A stretch of DNA of 64,000 bases from the human T2T-CHM13v2.0 reference genome, Homo sapiens. Positions 1 through 15,257 of this stretch are shown here, piece after piece. A model generated the notes under the pieces. The model searched no databases. It was not told where the DNA came from and saw only the letters and a program-made list of their open reading frames with translations. The DNA lies in the NCBI RefSeq assembly GCF_009914755.1, contig NC_060930.1. One strand, written 5' to 3'. Positions within the stretch are counted from its first letter, which is position 1. Each line of letters begins with the position of its first letter. Position numbers and translations under genes: made by a program.

Positions 1-103
1 ATTTTTAAATGAGAATAAATCCAAGTATTTGTAAATAACATCCTACTCATGATTTACAGATACAGTTTCATTAGTTATAAAACATTTTAGAAATATATAA
101 ACA

Positions 104-397
104 GGACCGGCGTGGTGGCTCACGCCTGTAATCCCAACCTAGGTGGGTGGATCACCTGAGGTCAGGAGTTTGAGACCAGCCTGGCCAACATGGTGAAACC
201 CCATCTCTACTAAAAATAGAAAAATTAGCTGGGCGTGGTGGAGCACGCCTGTAGTCCCAGCTACTCAGGAGGCTGAGGCAGGAGAATCACTTGAACCCAG
301 GAGGCAGAGGTTGTAGTGAGCCAAGATCGCACCACTGCACTGCACCCTGGATGACTAGAGCGAAACTCCGTCTAAAAAAAAAAAAAAAAAAAAAAAA
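104..397 (+). mobile_element. Alu (S-type) with a short left-arm deletion
   Basis: Alu dimer with A24 tail; lacks the GCACTTTGGGAGG segment. Confidence 0.93.
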
Positions 398-414
398 TTC
401 CATATTTATAAATA

Positions 415-574
415 CAGACATACACTACATAATAACATTTCAGTCAATGACGTACTGCATATATGACAGTGGTCCCATATGATAATGGAGCTGAAAAATT
501 CCTATTGCCTTCTTACATTATAGCTGTCATAATGTCACAGCACAATTAATTTTTAAATAAATTTAGTGTAGCCT
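415..574 (+). mobile_element. Tigger3-type DNA transposon, 5' fragment
   Basis: CAGACATACACTACATAATAACATTTCAGTCAATGAC...GGAGCTGAAAAATTCCTAT resembles the Tigger3 left end. Confidence 0.7.
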
Positions 575-575
575 G

Positions 576-857
<282 letters not shown>

Positions 858-1737
858 TTACAATAATCTCCTGTATCTTATGAGATATTCTGTTTCTTAA
901 ACATCTCATTTAGATGCTTTAATTTTATTCAACCAAGGTTTTAGAACTCATTAGCTCTAAAACAATCATACAGACCTCAGTTGGGTTTTCTCTCAGCATT
1001 GATGTTCATTTACTGTTACTATTAATCATCTGATACATTATAGACATGCCTGTGTATCTGTCTAGATATATTTAGGAATATAGGTATCTACCATTTACTT
1101 AATGCTTGCTATGTGTCAGGAAGGTGTTAACCATTTTATACTATACATATATGTGTGTGCACATATACACACACACATACACATATATTCATAACTACCC
1201 CATTTAGTATTTATCATGCCTTAGTTTCCTTAACTATAAACTAAAATAACTGTTATTTTTAAGTTACACAGTTTAGCAGAATAGAGATGTAAGCAAGTCT
1301 GCTTTTCTCCCACGTCTATGCTCTTCTTAATCACTAGACTTACATTATAAGCCCTCATGGAACCATGGGAACACAAACCTGCTTGGTTCACTGCTTGTCA
1401 CTTTCCTTAAAATTATGCCAAAAAAAAAGGGTCTTAAAGACTTGGCATTTCTTTATTAATAATGAAGACACCTGAAGAAGATCAACAAAGTACTTTTCTT
1501 CATACTAATTTCTCACTCACAATTTGTTGAGGCCACCAAACAAGCAAGCTACATGGGAAATTGAAATTAGACCAAGGTGGCAGCATACATGTACCACATA
1601 CACATATATGTATATATTAACATACATACATATGTATACATTAACATTTCTGTCCATTTGGTTACTGAAGTTGGTATTTAGGGTGCAGGAAATTACTAAA
1701 ATGATAGAAGAAAGTTACTGTGGAAAGGCTGTGAAGA

Positions 1738-2045
1738 GGCCAAGTGCAGTGGCTCATGCCTGTAATCTCAGCACTTTGGGAGGTCAAGGAGGGAGGATCA
1801 CCTGAGCCCAGGAGTTTGAGACCAACCTGGGCAACAAAGTGAGACCCCTATCTCTACAAAAAAATTAAAAAAATCAGCTAGGTGTGGTGGTGTGCATCTG
1901 CAGTCCCAGCTACTCAGGAGGCTGAGGTAGGAGGACTGCTTGAACCCAGGAGGTCAAGGCTGCAGTGAGCCGTGATGATGTTGCTACTGCACTCCAGCCT
2001 GGGTTACAGAGTGAGATTCTGTCTCAAAAAGAAAAAAAAAAAAAA
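1738..2045 (+). mobile_element. AluJ
   Basis: Alu dimer; 14-bp TSD AAAGGCTGTGAAGA at 1724-1737 and 2046-2059. Confidence 0.95.
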
Positions 2046-2174
2046 AAAGGCTGTGAAGAAATCTTGAGTACTAAAATTAAATGAGAAAGAGGATAGCCAG
2101 ATATCAGTAATTAACTGCTTATTTTACTAAAATACCGAGGCTTATCTAATTCCAAAGTCAATCCAAATATTCTA

Positions 2175-2619
<445 letters not shown>

Positions 2620-3159
2620 TTAGCATATAATTCTAATTGTGATACATAAGGAAATGTAGACAGTTGATTAGGGGACTCTAAAACTTATCAAAAAGCATTT
2701 TCAATGGCTAAATAGAAAGTAGCAAATAGAATCTTCAGAAACAAATGGAAAACTCTGAGCTTAAGGATAAATGAGTAAAGGGGAATCACTTCCAGAACAG
2801 TGAAGCAGTGAAATGGGCTCCTCCAACAATGCAAGAACACTGGGATTAACTGTCAAAATCAACTTTATCAGAACTCTGAAAACTAACTAAAGGCTTGCAA
2901 TAATCTCAGGAGTGTGATTTTAAGAATAACAGCCAAATAACAGTAAAAACAGCAAGCTTTGTGGAATTTTAATTTTCTCTATTCTTATCATCCCCTTGCC
3001 AACTCCGTGGTATCCTTACAAGTCAACAATCTCACAACTATGGCTGCTGTGAAAACTAGCAGCCTAGCAGTTACTAGACAGGGCAGAATGGGTCTGGAGC
3101 ACCTCTAAAACCCAATCGCAAAGAAATGTCACTTTATGACCTGTGTAGCAGCTCCCTGA

Positions 3160-3426
<267 letters not shown>

Positions 3427-4350
3427 TAATGGTAACTGTTTAACACTGCACCTGCCTTAGGTGGTGATATGAGTTAGGACTAGAGAAATTAATTTCCAGT
3501 TTGCCACATTATATAATCTCAAATATCCTCTTATCAAAAAATTACGAAACATGCAAGGAAAGAGGAAAGTATGTCTCCATATGGAGGCAAAATAGTTAAC
3601 AGAATTGCTTCTGAGAAAGCCCAGATGTTGGACTTACTAGACAAATATTTTAAATACTATTATAAGTATGTTCAAAGACCTAAAGGAAACCTTGTCTAAA
3701 GAATTAAGAGAAAGTATACATGTACCTCACCAAACAAACAAACAAAAAATCAATATAGAGATATAATTTTAAAAAACAAGTGAAATTCTGCAGTTGAAAA
3801 GAACAATATTCACTAGAGGGACTCAATAGTAGGTATAAACTGGCAGAAGAATCAGTAAACTTGAAGATAAGTAAATTGAGATGATTTAGTCTGAGGAACA
3901 GAAGGAAAATAGAATGAACAAAAATGAACAGAGCCTCAGAGAATTATAGGATGCCATCAAATGTACCAACATATGCATAACAGGACTCCCAGAAGAAGAG
4001 TCAGAGAAAGGGGAAAAATGACCCCAAACTTCCCAAAGTTGATGGAAAACATTAATCTGCACATTGACAAGCTAAATCAACTCCAAGTAGAATAGATTAA
4101 AAAAGATCCATATCTAGACAAATCATGGTCAAATGACTGAAGGCCAAAGATAGGATCTCAAAAGCAACAAGAATAAAAAACTCATCACACAGAAGTGATT
4201 CTCAATAAGATTAACAGTAGATATCTCATAAAAAAATGTGAAGGCCAGAAGTTAGCGGGATGATGCTTTTGATATTGTGTTGAAAGCAGACTCAACCAAG
4301 AGTTCAAACCATCCAGCAAAACACTCCTTTAAAAAAAGAAAAAAGGAAGG

Positions 4351-4670
4351 GGCCAGGTGCCGTGGCTCACGCCTGTAATCCCAGAACTTTGGGAGGCTGA
4401 GGCGGGTGGATCATGAGGTCAGGAGTTCAAGACCAGCCTGACCAACACGGTGAAACCCTGTATCTACTAAAAATACAAAAAAATTAGCTGGGCGTGGTGG
4501 CACATGCCTGTAATCTCAGCTACTGAGGAGGCTGAGGCAGGCGAATTGCCTGAACCTGGGAGGTGGAGGTTGCGGTAAGCTGAGATCGCACCGTGCACTC
4601 CATCCTGGGCGACAGAGCGAGACTCTGTCTCAAAAAACAAAAACCAAAACAAAAACAAACAAAAAAAAAA
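4351..4670 (+). mobile_element. AluS
   Basis: Full Alu; TSD AAAAAGGAAGG. Confidence 0.95.
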
Positions 4671-4899
4671 GGAAGGATAAGCAGTGTCCTGGGTTACTGA
4701 AAAAATAAATTAAAAAAAGGTGAAATAAATACATTGCAAGATAACTGATAAATCAGAGAGTTTGTTGCTTGTGGACCTGCCCTTCAAGAAAAACAGAAGT
4801 CCTTCGGACTGAAATGAAAGAGCACTGACAGTAACTAAAATCCATTTAAAGAAATAAAGAACACTGATAAAGGTAACTACACAAAATATAAAAACCAGT

Positions 4900-4907
4900 A
4901 CATATAT

Positions 4908-4953
<46 letters not shown>
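4900..4953. repeat. (TA)n microsatellite
   Basis: Direct reading. Confidence 0.95.
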
Positions 4954-4956
<3 letters not shown>

Positions 4957-7900
4957 TTTGTTTGTAATTCTTTTCTCTCCATCTAATTAAAAAAAACTTT
5001 GTAAAGAAATAGTTATAAAAATAAGTTGGTGGGCTTAAAATGTATAAAGATGTAATTTGTATAAAACCAGCACAAAGGAGGCAGAAGGGAAATGAACTAT
5101 CTTGGAGCAAAGTTTTTATATACTACTGAAATTAACTTGGTATTAATCCAAACTAGATTGTTTTGAGATGTTAATTGTAATTCTAAGGGCAAACACTGAA
5201 AAAACTCAAGAAAATATACTAAAGGGAAAAGAAAATTAAAATTATATAGTAAAAAAATACTAATTTAATGCCCAAAAGTGAGTAACGGTGAAACAAAGGA
5301 AAAACAACAACGATAATATATCAGACATATAAAACTCCAAAACCAAATTGTAGACATCATCCTATCTTATCAGTAATTTCACTAAGTGTAAATAGATTAA
5401 ACACTCCAAATAAAAAGCAGAGATTATCAGAATGGATAAAATAAATAATCCAATTACAAGCTATGTACAAGAACACTTCAGATTTAAGGACACAAGACTG
5501 TTGAAAAATGGAAAAAGACATACCATGCAAATGGAAATCAAAAGAGAACTGGAGTGGCTATTCTAATATCAGGCAAAATAGACTTTAAGACAAAAACTCA
5601 CTCACTAGAGACAAAGAAGGACATTGTATAATAATAAAAGGGTCAACCAATCAGGAAGACTTAAAAAGTATAAACATATAAGTACATGATACAGTCTCAA
5701 AATAAAGATCAACATAAAAATAGAAGATTTAATCAATGCTGTAATAGATGTCTATAGGATGCTTCACTTAACAAAAGCAGAATACATATTCTTGTCCACA
5801 GAACATTCTCTAGGAGACAATATGTTAGGCCCCCAAATAAAACTTATTTAAATAAATAAATTTTAAAAACCTGAAAGCACAGAAAGTATGTTCTCCAACC
5901 ATGATAAACTGAAAAAGAAATCATTCACAGAAAATTTCAAAATGTATGGAACGTAAACAACATACTCCAAATAACCACTGGGTCCAAAAATAAAACCCCA
6001 GGGAAATTACAAGAGAATAAATGAAAAGAAAAACACGATACCAATATGTATGGGGTGTAGAAAAAGCAGTAATTTGATGAAATTTTATAGCTGTAAATGT
6101 TTTTATTAAGAGAAAAAGATATCAAGTGAATATTTTTACTCTGTACCTTAAAATTGTTAAATAAAAATTAAACCCAAAGGAAGCAGAGGGAAAAAAATTT
6201 AGAGTGGAAATAAATAAAACAACAAATAGAAAAAGAGTAGAGAAAATTAGTGAAATAAAAATTGGTTCTTCGAAAGATCAAGAAAATTGACAGAGCTTCA
6301 AATAGACTGGCCAGGGTAGAAAAAACAAAAGGTAAGATCCAAATTAATAAAATCAGGAATGAAAGAAGAAGTATCATTAACTACTTTAGGGAAATGAAAT
6401 GGATTATAAGGAAATGAACTATCAATTGTATGTTAACAAATCAAATAGCTTATATGAAAGGGACAAAAAAATCCTAGAAAGATGCAACTTAAAACTGACT
6501 GAAGAAGAGAGAAAATGTGAATAGGCCAATAAAGAGATTAAACCAGCAATCAAAACACTGCCCAGAATGCATCATTGGTGAATTGTACCAAATGTTTAAA
6601 CAAATACCAATCCTTCACAAACTTCCCTAAAATAAGATAGAAATGAACATTTTCTAATTCATTCCATGGGATCGGTATTACCATGATCCCAAAACCAGAT
6701 AAGAAAATTACAGATCAATGTCCCTTATGAATACTGATGCAAAACCCTCAAAAATATACCAATAAACAGAATCAACATATGAAAAAGATTATATTATACA
6801 TCATAACAAGTGGGATTTGTCAAGGGAATGACAGGTTGGCTTAACATATGAAAATCTACCAATGTAACAGACCATATTAATAGTATTAAAGGTAAGATCC
6901 ACAGAACAAACTCAGTAGATATGGAAAATCATTTAATAAAATTTAACATCATTTCCTAAGAAAAACACTCAACAAAAGTAAGAACACAAGGAAATGTCCT
7001 CAACCTGATAATATATAATAACCTGATATATAGCCTATAAAGGCTATATATAGGCTACACACACACACATACATAACAGCATAGCTAATTTCATAATTAA
7101 TGGTAAAAGACTGACAGTTTACCTTCTAAGATTAGGAAAAAGACAGGGACATTCATACCACTTCAACATTGTACTGGAGGTTCTAACTGGAAAAATTAGG
7201 CAAGAAAAAAAAAAGGCACCCGGATCGGAAAGGAGAAGTAAAACTATCTCTATTAGTAGAGTATGCAGACAATCTCAAAGAACTGATCCCCCCAACAAAA
7301 TCTGAAAAAAAACAAACCCCAGAAAAACCTGTTAGAATATACAGATTCAAAAAGGTCTCAGGATACATGAGCAATATACAAAAAACCACTTGTCTTTCTA
7401 TACCCAAGCAACAAACATCTTTACCTGAGTAATGAACAATCTGAACATAACACCAATTCCATTTGCAATGGCATACAAATAAACTTAACAAAAAAAATGC
7501 TGAAAACCACAAAACACCATTGAAAAAATTTAAACAGACCTAAATAAATGGACCCATGCTAAAAGACTGGGAAGACTTAATGTTTTCACAATTTAATCTA
7601 TGAATTCAATGCAATTCCCATAAAAAATTTTGCAAAGGCTGAGAAGGTGATCATAAGATTCCTATGGAAATGCAAGGGATCTAAAATAACCAAAACAATC
7701 TCGAAAAAGAACAAGGTTGAAGGACACACCCTGATTTTAAAACTTCTACAGATACAGTAATTAAAACCGTGTAATGCTGACCATAGAATAGGCGTGTGTA
7801 TGGATCAATGCAAAAAAATTCAGACTCTAAATATAAACTCTTACATTTTTGGTCACCTGATTTTCAACAAGGGTGCCAAGACCATTAAAAGGAAAAAAAA

Positions 7901-8250
7901 AAAACACCAAAAAACAAACTAACAAAAAACCCCCACTTTTTTCAACAACAGCTAAATGCGAAAGAATAAAGTTGGATCCTTAACTCACACCATCTACAAA
8001 AATAAAGTCAAACTGGATTACAGACCTTAAAGGTAACAGCTAAATATATAAAGCCCTCATAAGAAAATCTGAGAGTCAATCTTCAGATCAGGCAATGGTT
8101 TCTTAGATATAACATCATAGGTATAAGTGACAAAATAAAAAAGTAAACTAAACTTTATCAAAATCTAAAAAATTTTGTGTGTCAAAGGATATGATCAAGA
8201 AAGAGAAAAGACAACCTACAGAATGGAAGAAAATATTTGCAAATCATATA

Positions 8251-8535
8251 CAGTCAACCTTCGGTACCCTTGGAGGATTGGTTCCAGGATTCCCCTTGGA
8301 CAACAAAATCTGTGGATGTTCAAGTCCCTTATATAAAATAGTATTTGCATACAACTTACACAATCCTCCCATACACTTTAATCTCCAGATTTATAATACC
8401 TAATACAATGTAAATGCTATACAAATAGTTGTTATACTATTTTTATTTTCAAATTGTTATTTTTTTTCAAATGTTTTCCATTTGTAGTTGGCTGAATCTG
8501 TGAATGCAGAACCTACAGACACGGAGGGCTAAATG
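8251..8535 (-). mobile_element. MER2 (Tigger family) inserted in L1 ORF2
   Basis: Degenerate TIRs CAGTCAACCTTCGGTA...ACGGAGGGCTAAATG; TA on both sides; the L1 resumes afterwards. Confidence 0.8.
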
Positions 8536-8869
8536 TATCTAGTAAGAGACGTGTATCCAGACTATACAAATAACTCTTACAAGTCAATAATAAACAGGTT
8601 AACTTAATTAGCTACAAATAATATAAATATATTTACATTAAAAATTTATATATATTTTACAAAATTTTACAATTTATTTTTATATACTATATAGGTATAT
8701 TTATATACTATATGCCTGGTACATATTAAGTACTCAATAAGAGTTAGGTATAATTATTATTAAATTCCTAAGTTATTTGACTATTAACAAGGAATGATGT
8801 TTTCTGCAGAATGCCTATAGCTATGTGACCATATTTTCCAAACCAAATATAGATTTGTTAACTTCAAAC

Positions 8870-9032
8870 CCTCCCTCCCTCCCTTCCTCCCTCCCTTCCT
8901 TTCTTCCTTCCTTCTTCCCTCCCTCTCTCTTCCTTCCTTTCCTTTTCTTTCTTTTTCTTTCTCTCTCTTTCTTTCCTTTTCTTTCTTTCCCTTCCTTTCT
9001 CCTTTCCTTTCTCTCTCTCTCTCTTTCTTTTT
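8870..9032. repeat. Polypyrimidine/polypurine low-complexity tract
   Basis: About 160 nt of C/T only (CCCT, CCTT, CTTT, CT units). Confidence 0.95.
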
Positions 9033-9120
9033 AGAATTACAGGAGAATCCATAAAGTGAAAGCAAGTTTATTAGGAAAGTAAAGGAATAAAGAATGGCTA
9101 CTCCACAGGCAGAGCAAGCC
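9033..9120 (-). mobile_element. MER41-like LTR fragment (poly(A) signal region)
   Basis: AAAGTGAAAGCAAGTTTATTAGGAAAGTAAAGGAATAAAGAATGGCTACTCC matches the recalled MER41 antisense sequence. Confidence 0.7.
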
Positions 9121-9180
9121 TACTTCAACTCCATTTCTGAAAACCAAAAATTATTTCTCAGTTTATTGAAATAAGCTCTG

Positions 9181-9183
<3 letters not shown>

Positions 9184-9217
<34 letters not shown>
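9184..9217. repeat. (CA)n microsatellite
   Basis: Direct reading. Confidence 0.95.
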
Positions 9218-9221
<4 letters not shown>

Positions 9222-10348
9222 ATTAAAAAAATCTAGTATACATAATTATATAACAAAACATAATTATAATCTCCCCAATTAGAAAATGAGCAAAGAATTT
9301 GAATTAGACATTTCTCCAAAGAAAACATACAAATGTCATTTCAGAAGATGCTCACATTATCGTCACTGGGAAATGCAAATGAAAATCATGAGGTGTCACT
9401 TCCTATCCACTAGGACAGCTATAATACAAAATCAGTAACAAGTTACGATGTGGGGACACTGCAACACTCATTCATGTCTGGTGTGATCGTAAAGTGGTTC
9501 AGTTGCTTTGGAAAACATTTTGACAGTTCCTCAGAAGGTTAAACAGAGTTACCACATGATGCGGCAATTCTACTCCTAAATATATACACCCAAGAGAATG
9601 GAAAACTTACGTCCATGCAAAAACCTGTACATGAATGCTCACAGAGTACTATTCATGGTAGCTAAAAATGGAAACAACCCAAATGTCCATCAGTGAATTA
9701 ATGGATAAAAAATGTAGCATATCCATATACTTGATAATATTTTTGGTCATCAAAAGGAATGAAATTCTGATACATGCCACAACATGGATGAACCTTGAAA
9801 ACATTACGGTAAGTGAAAAAAGACAGACACAAAAGGCTACACAGTGCGTTTATATAAAATATCCAGAATAGGCAAACCCATAGAGATGGAAAGTTGATTA
9901 GTAGTTGTTAGGGGTGAAGAAATGGAAAGGATCATTGCTAATGAGTACGGGATTTCTTCTGGGGGGGCAACGAATGTTTTAAAATTAGATAGAGGTGATG
10001 GCTGCAAAACTATAAATATATTAAAACCCACTGAATGGTACACTTTAAAAGGGTGCATTTTATGCCATGTGAATTATATCCAAATAAAGCTGTTATAAAA
10101 AAAGAACATCATGGAAATGATTGTTAAAGGAAGTGTAGTTGGTTATGATGAAGAAAGAAACAGTGCAAGAAAAAATACACGTAAGGAGACCATATTTCTC
10201 CATGTCAGAGAAGACAACCTTGATTCTGGCCATGGAAATGGACAAAAGAGGTGAGACTGTGGAAATATAATCAAAGGAGAAAGCAACATCTGTGGGATAT
10301 AAGAGAACTAGCTAAGCTTAACATATTACACCAAAGTATTGCTCATAA

Positions 10349-10760
<412 letters not shown>

Positions 10761-11789
10761 AAGCTGTGCTTATTTTTAGGTTCTTTAAATTACCAAGTGG
10801 TAACAGTCTAAGTATGGATTATAAAGATTTTTTTTCTAGTAAAAGAGAAAGAAAAGAATTAAGATTAGAATATGAGCTGGACAGTCATTCATGCTTGAAC
10901 ATGAGCTGAAACTTAAGTGTATACAGTGAGCTTACCAAGTAGGTCTCAAGGAAGAGATGAAGCAGCCCCATCACCTCATTCTTGGGGGATACAAACAATC
11001 ACCTCCTCATTCCTTCACTCCTTTTCTTCAAGCAGCTGTCTGTGGCATGTGGGTAGCCTAGTTTGAAGTATAGCAGGTGTTTGTAATTTCCTTTCTCAAG
11101 GTCACAGGTGACTCTGCCAGTGCACTTCAAAAACCACAGCTTCTGGGCCCCTTTCTTCCCACCAAACCCCAAGATCCCCTTCTCACATCCAGATTACTCT
11201 GTTACTTACACATCTTTAACCCACTCCACAGCTATTAGAATTGAAGTGCCCCTCTTCCCAGGAAATTGACTAAGGTTCTATCCACTAGCCTCAGATCGTT
11301 ATCTGTTTGAAACTTCTTTGTGGGCTGATGGAATGTTTTCCAAGAAATGTTTTAGAAATTGGCTTTCTTAGATAATTTCCATGGTGGATTTATTAAGAAG
11401 GAGGAAATCAAGGTCATCTGTTCTTTTTAGCTGCCATTCTGGTCAGCCTTTCCAGTGGTGCCTGTTGTCTCCAACCTTCATTATCACATTCCCTGCCTAA
11501 TCCCATTGAAAGTTACAGTTATATTACAAAGATCAGATGAGATAATATATAGTATGTAGCAGGGCTTTTAAAAATATACATTGTTTCATACATGTTAACT
11601 GCTGTTAATACTACCTAAACTGCTCTCAATTTTCACAAAATTTGCCTTGTGCCACTGAATGACATTAGAGTTTAATGGTTTATTCAGATAAACTGATTCT
11701 GCTTTTAGAGAGTTAATATTTTTGGCTCATTTATCATAATGAATTAACATATTAAATCTAAATGGTTCTAGAAGACGCTTGAAGACCTT

Positions 11790-11925
11790 TTTTCTGTTTT
11801 CCCTTTGGCAAACGGTGATGATAATAATAATTTATCTCATAGAATTATTATGACATTCAAGTGAGATTATCTGCTTTGCACAGTGCATAGTAGGTGCCCA
11901 ATAAATGTTAGGTACAATTATTATT
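11790..11925 (+). mobile_element. MIR 3' part
   Basis: ATAATAATAATTTATCTCATAGAATTATT...CATAGTAGGTGCCCAATAAATGTTAG. Confidence 0.7.
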
Positions 11926-12909
11926 CAATTCCTGAAGTTCTTCAAATTATCATAGAGGAAAGGTGTTTTGTAGCGAAATATTTCTGTAGAACACCCACAG
12001 CTATAAATGTGATCATATTTTCTAAATCAAATGCAGATCGACTAACTGGAATTCCTCTGCTGAAAACCAGGATTTATTTTCAGATTTGGTAAAATAAGCT
12101 CTGAAGCCAAAAAGTACTCCCAGAGAAGTCTGCATATGTTGCCATAAGATAGTGCCAGCCAGAGAGATTCTGACAAGAAAACTTTATGAAGTTTGATTTA
12201 AACTACAGAATAAGAAGGGATTTTTCCCCCTCTACGGATTTATTTTACTTAATCTTTATGCATCTAGCTAATCTGTGACCCAATTATGTAGTTATACCAA
12301 GGGTGTCTGTGTTAGTGACGGCCGTGTGGCTATCTCTGTCAAAGACTAATCTCACTGCTGGGGACACTGAGATGACAGGATAGAGTATCACAAGAAGATG
12401 AAACTTGGTGAACTCACATGTTTATCACGGTAAAAAAACAATCTATGGAACATTAGTAGTGGCAGATGGTAGATGTCCATCTAGGCAGGAAAACCAGGGT
12501 ACTAGCAGTTTGATAACCTTTGATTAAATTTCTCCCCAAATGGAAAGTAATGCTCCATAATAATGTGTGTTAAATTTTTTCTTTTCCAAATAATTGTTTC
12601 CTTCATTTCATAGCCTGTTAACTCAAGGTTTGCTTCCTGCTAGTGACTATATTACTGCTTCCTTAGAGTGGTTAAATTTTATTTTCCTTTTGGTAAAGGA
12701 AAATTTTAAGTAACCACTATATCTTATTTTAAAGGCATGCAGTAAATGCTTTGTTAAAGCACAATAAACACTGAAATTACTATTAAGTAGTAACACTCCT
12801 CATGCAAAATTACTTAAAAATAAAAACTTAAATTGCCTGCAGGAAAAAAAATTGTTGCCATTTTGATTTTGTGCACTGTTTAACATTTTTCTCATGTTTT
12901 TGAATAAAG

Positions 12910-13085
12910 AAAACTTGTATGAGGCATTATAAAACTCGTTAATGCTACAAAGTTTGGAAGGCAGCTATTAACACAGTTGAAAAAATCAAGATTCAAAAGA
13001 ATTTTGACAAGCAGGGTAGCGAGTCAAAAATGAATCTATGAAATTCAGTAAAAAGAAATGGACAACATTGCAGTTAGGGTTAAAT
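12910..13085 (+). mobile_element. CR1/L3 LINE reverse-transcriptase relic
   Basis: ACAAAGTTTGGAAGG...AAGATTCAAAAGAATTTTGACAAGC...ATGAAATTCAGTAAAAAGAAATG resembles the CR1 'TKLGG...IQKDLD...MKFN..KCKVLHLG' region. Confidence 0.55.
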
Positions 13086-13324
13086 AGTAATAGCTAATGG
13101 CCGAGAGATTACTGTGTGTTAGACACAGTATTTAGTACTTGAAACAATAGAATAATATTAATAAGGCAGACACTATTATCATCTTCTTTCCAGATATAAG
13201 GATGGTATGAGGCACAAATATATAAATAATGAGAAGACTTGTCTCAACAACATATCTTTAAAACATCAAGGAGTTATGTTCAATAACAAACAAAATATCC
13301 AGATAATAGAAACCAATAATACCT

Positions 13325-13543
13325 AGTCTTGAACTCCTGGGCTCAAGTGATCCTTCTGCCTCAGCCTCCAGAGTGGCTGGGACAACAGGTGCGTGGCACT
13401 GCACCTAGCTAATTTAAAAAAAATGTTTTTAAGAGATGGGTTCTTGCTATGTTGTCCAGGCCAGTCTTGAACTCTTGGCCTCAAGCGATCCTCCCGCCTC
13501 AGCCTCTCAAAGTGCTGGCAGGCATGCGCCACCACACCTGCCC
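13325..13543 (-). mobile_element. AluJ fragment
   Basis: Left arm plus partial right arm. Confidence 0.88.
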
Positions 13544-14719
13544 CTTTTCTTATATTAGAAAAAATAGTGAGAATTTATGAAATGAAGAAAAAAGATTACT
13601 GGGTGTTCATTCAATAGAACACTAGGCAGCCTGACCAGTGCCCTCCCTCTTTCACGCTATATACTACACGTGTTCTCCAACCCATCTGCTGGCTAAATTG
13701 CACAGATATCTGGATCCCACATCCCACTGCTTAGCATTGTTTATCAAGCACTGAGTTTATGAAGGTGGAGAGACTGGGCCCTATAGTGAAGAGACTTAGA
13801 TTCTGATCTACTGACAACAACTAACCTATGCCCACTTATTAAGCGGCATGAAGTTTTCAACAAAAATGGTGGTGGGTGTTAACTGCCACATTATAACATA
13901 AGGAAGTGAATTCTAACTGAATCCTAAGAATAAATAAAATGATAAGTGAGCATTCAAAGGATCACCACTAGAGATGTGCTTCATTTTTCTGCTCTAATAT
14001 ATTGTCTTTGAGCAATAAGAGCAGCTGAAAAAGATGCATAGAACTTTAGACCCAAAAGTTGACTTTAAGATCAATTTTTTCAACTTTTGTCATTCTAGCA
14101 ATTAGAAAAGTAAGTCCCTTGGCAAGAGACCTTGCCACAACTGACCTACTCTACTCCTTTGTCAAATGCTAAAACCCAGTTTGCATCTTTCTCCTGCCTC
14201 ATTCATATTGCTGGATCTTTCCTTCCATCTGAGAAATATTTATTTTGAATGGAATACTGTTGTATAATTACCCAAACTGTACTTTTCACTTTCACAGAAC
14301 AAGGAAAAAGAAATCTTTATTTCACATTCTATATAGGTTTATCTCATGGCAGTCCTTTTGGCAAAATGCTTTCTTTTCTGAAATAAGTCAGTAACATATC
14401 CACAGGGCTAAATTAATTGCTATTCTATTTTCCATCTCCTCTCATGACAAGCCTCTTCAATTGCTTCTGATTCATCATGCCTCCTAGTGTGACCATCCAG
14501 CTTCCTTTCTGGGCCCTGTTCTCATTCTCCCAGAGACAGCATAAAAACACACTCCATTTCCATACTTGCATTGGTTTCCGAGATGCTACATTATCCCTGA
14601 TCTCCTGCCTCCCTTTCTACCATTTGTCTTCTTTGAGGGCTCTTCTTCCAGCTTTCAAAATATGAACATACATCTAGGCCGGCTCTCTGTTCTTACTTAT
14701 TCTTACAGTTTCATCATAT

Positions 14720-15240
14720 ATACATTTATTCATTTAAGCAGTATCTACTGAAGGCCTATAAGTAGTGGTGAGTAAGATGGACATAGTCCATGCTGTTATG
14801 GAACTTACATCCAGTTAAGGAAGACCAGATAAGAAAATAAATAAAAAATTCCAAATTGGGATAACTGCTAAGGAAAAAAAAGAAAGTGTAATAATAAAGA
14901 CTAATGGGGGTGAAGGAAGGTCTTTTGAAAAGTTAACATTTACCTGGGATCTCAAGAAAAGGCCTATTATGCAAAAGGTTGTGTATATTCAGGGGCAGAG
15001 AGATCAAATGTTCGAAGGTCTTTGGGTGAGTGGGAGAAAGGTTGGTTGTGTTCAAGAAACTCAGAACAGAGAGTACCATAGGATGATGCTGAAGAGACAG
15101 ACAGACAGCAGATCATGCAAAGCCCTATAGGCCCTAGGAAAGGGTTTGGGTTTTATCCTAAACATAAGGAGAAGTTACTGAGGGTGTAAAGCAGGAGGTT
15201 ATCCCATTCTGACTTATAGATCACTTTGGCTATCATGACT
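14720..15240 (-). mobile_element. L2 fragment
   Basis: L2 3'-end motif and typical purine-rich antisense L2 body (CAGATCATGCAAAGCCCTATAGGCC...GGTTTTATCCTAA). Confidence 0.65.
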
Positions 15241-15257
15241 TACAGAACTGATGAATA

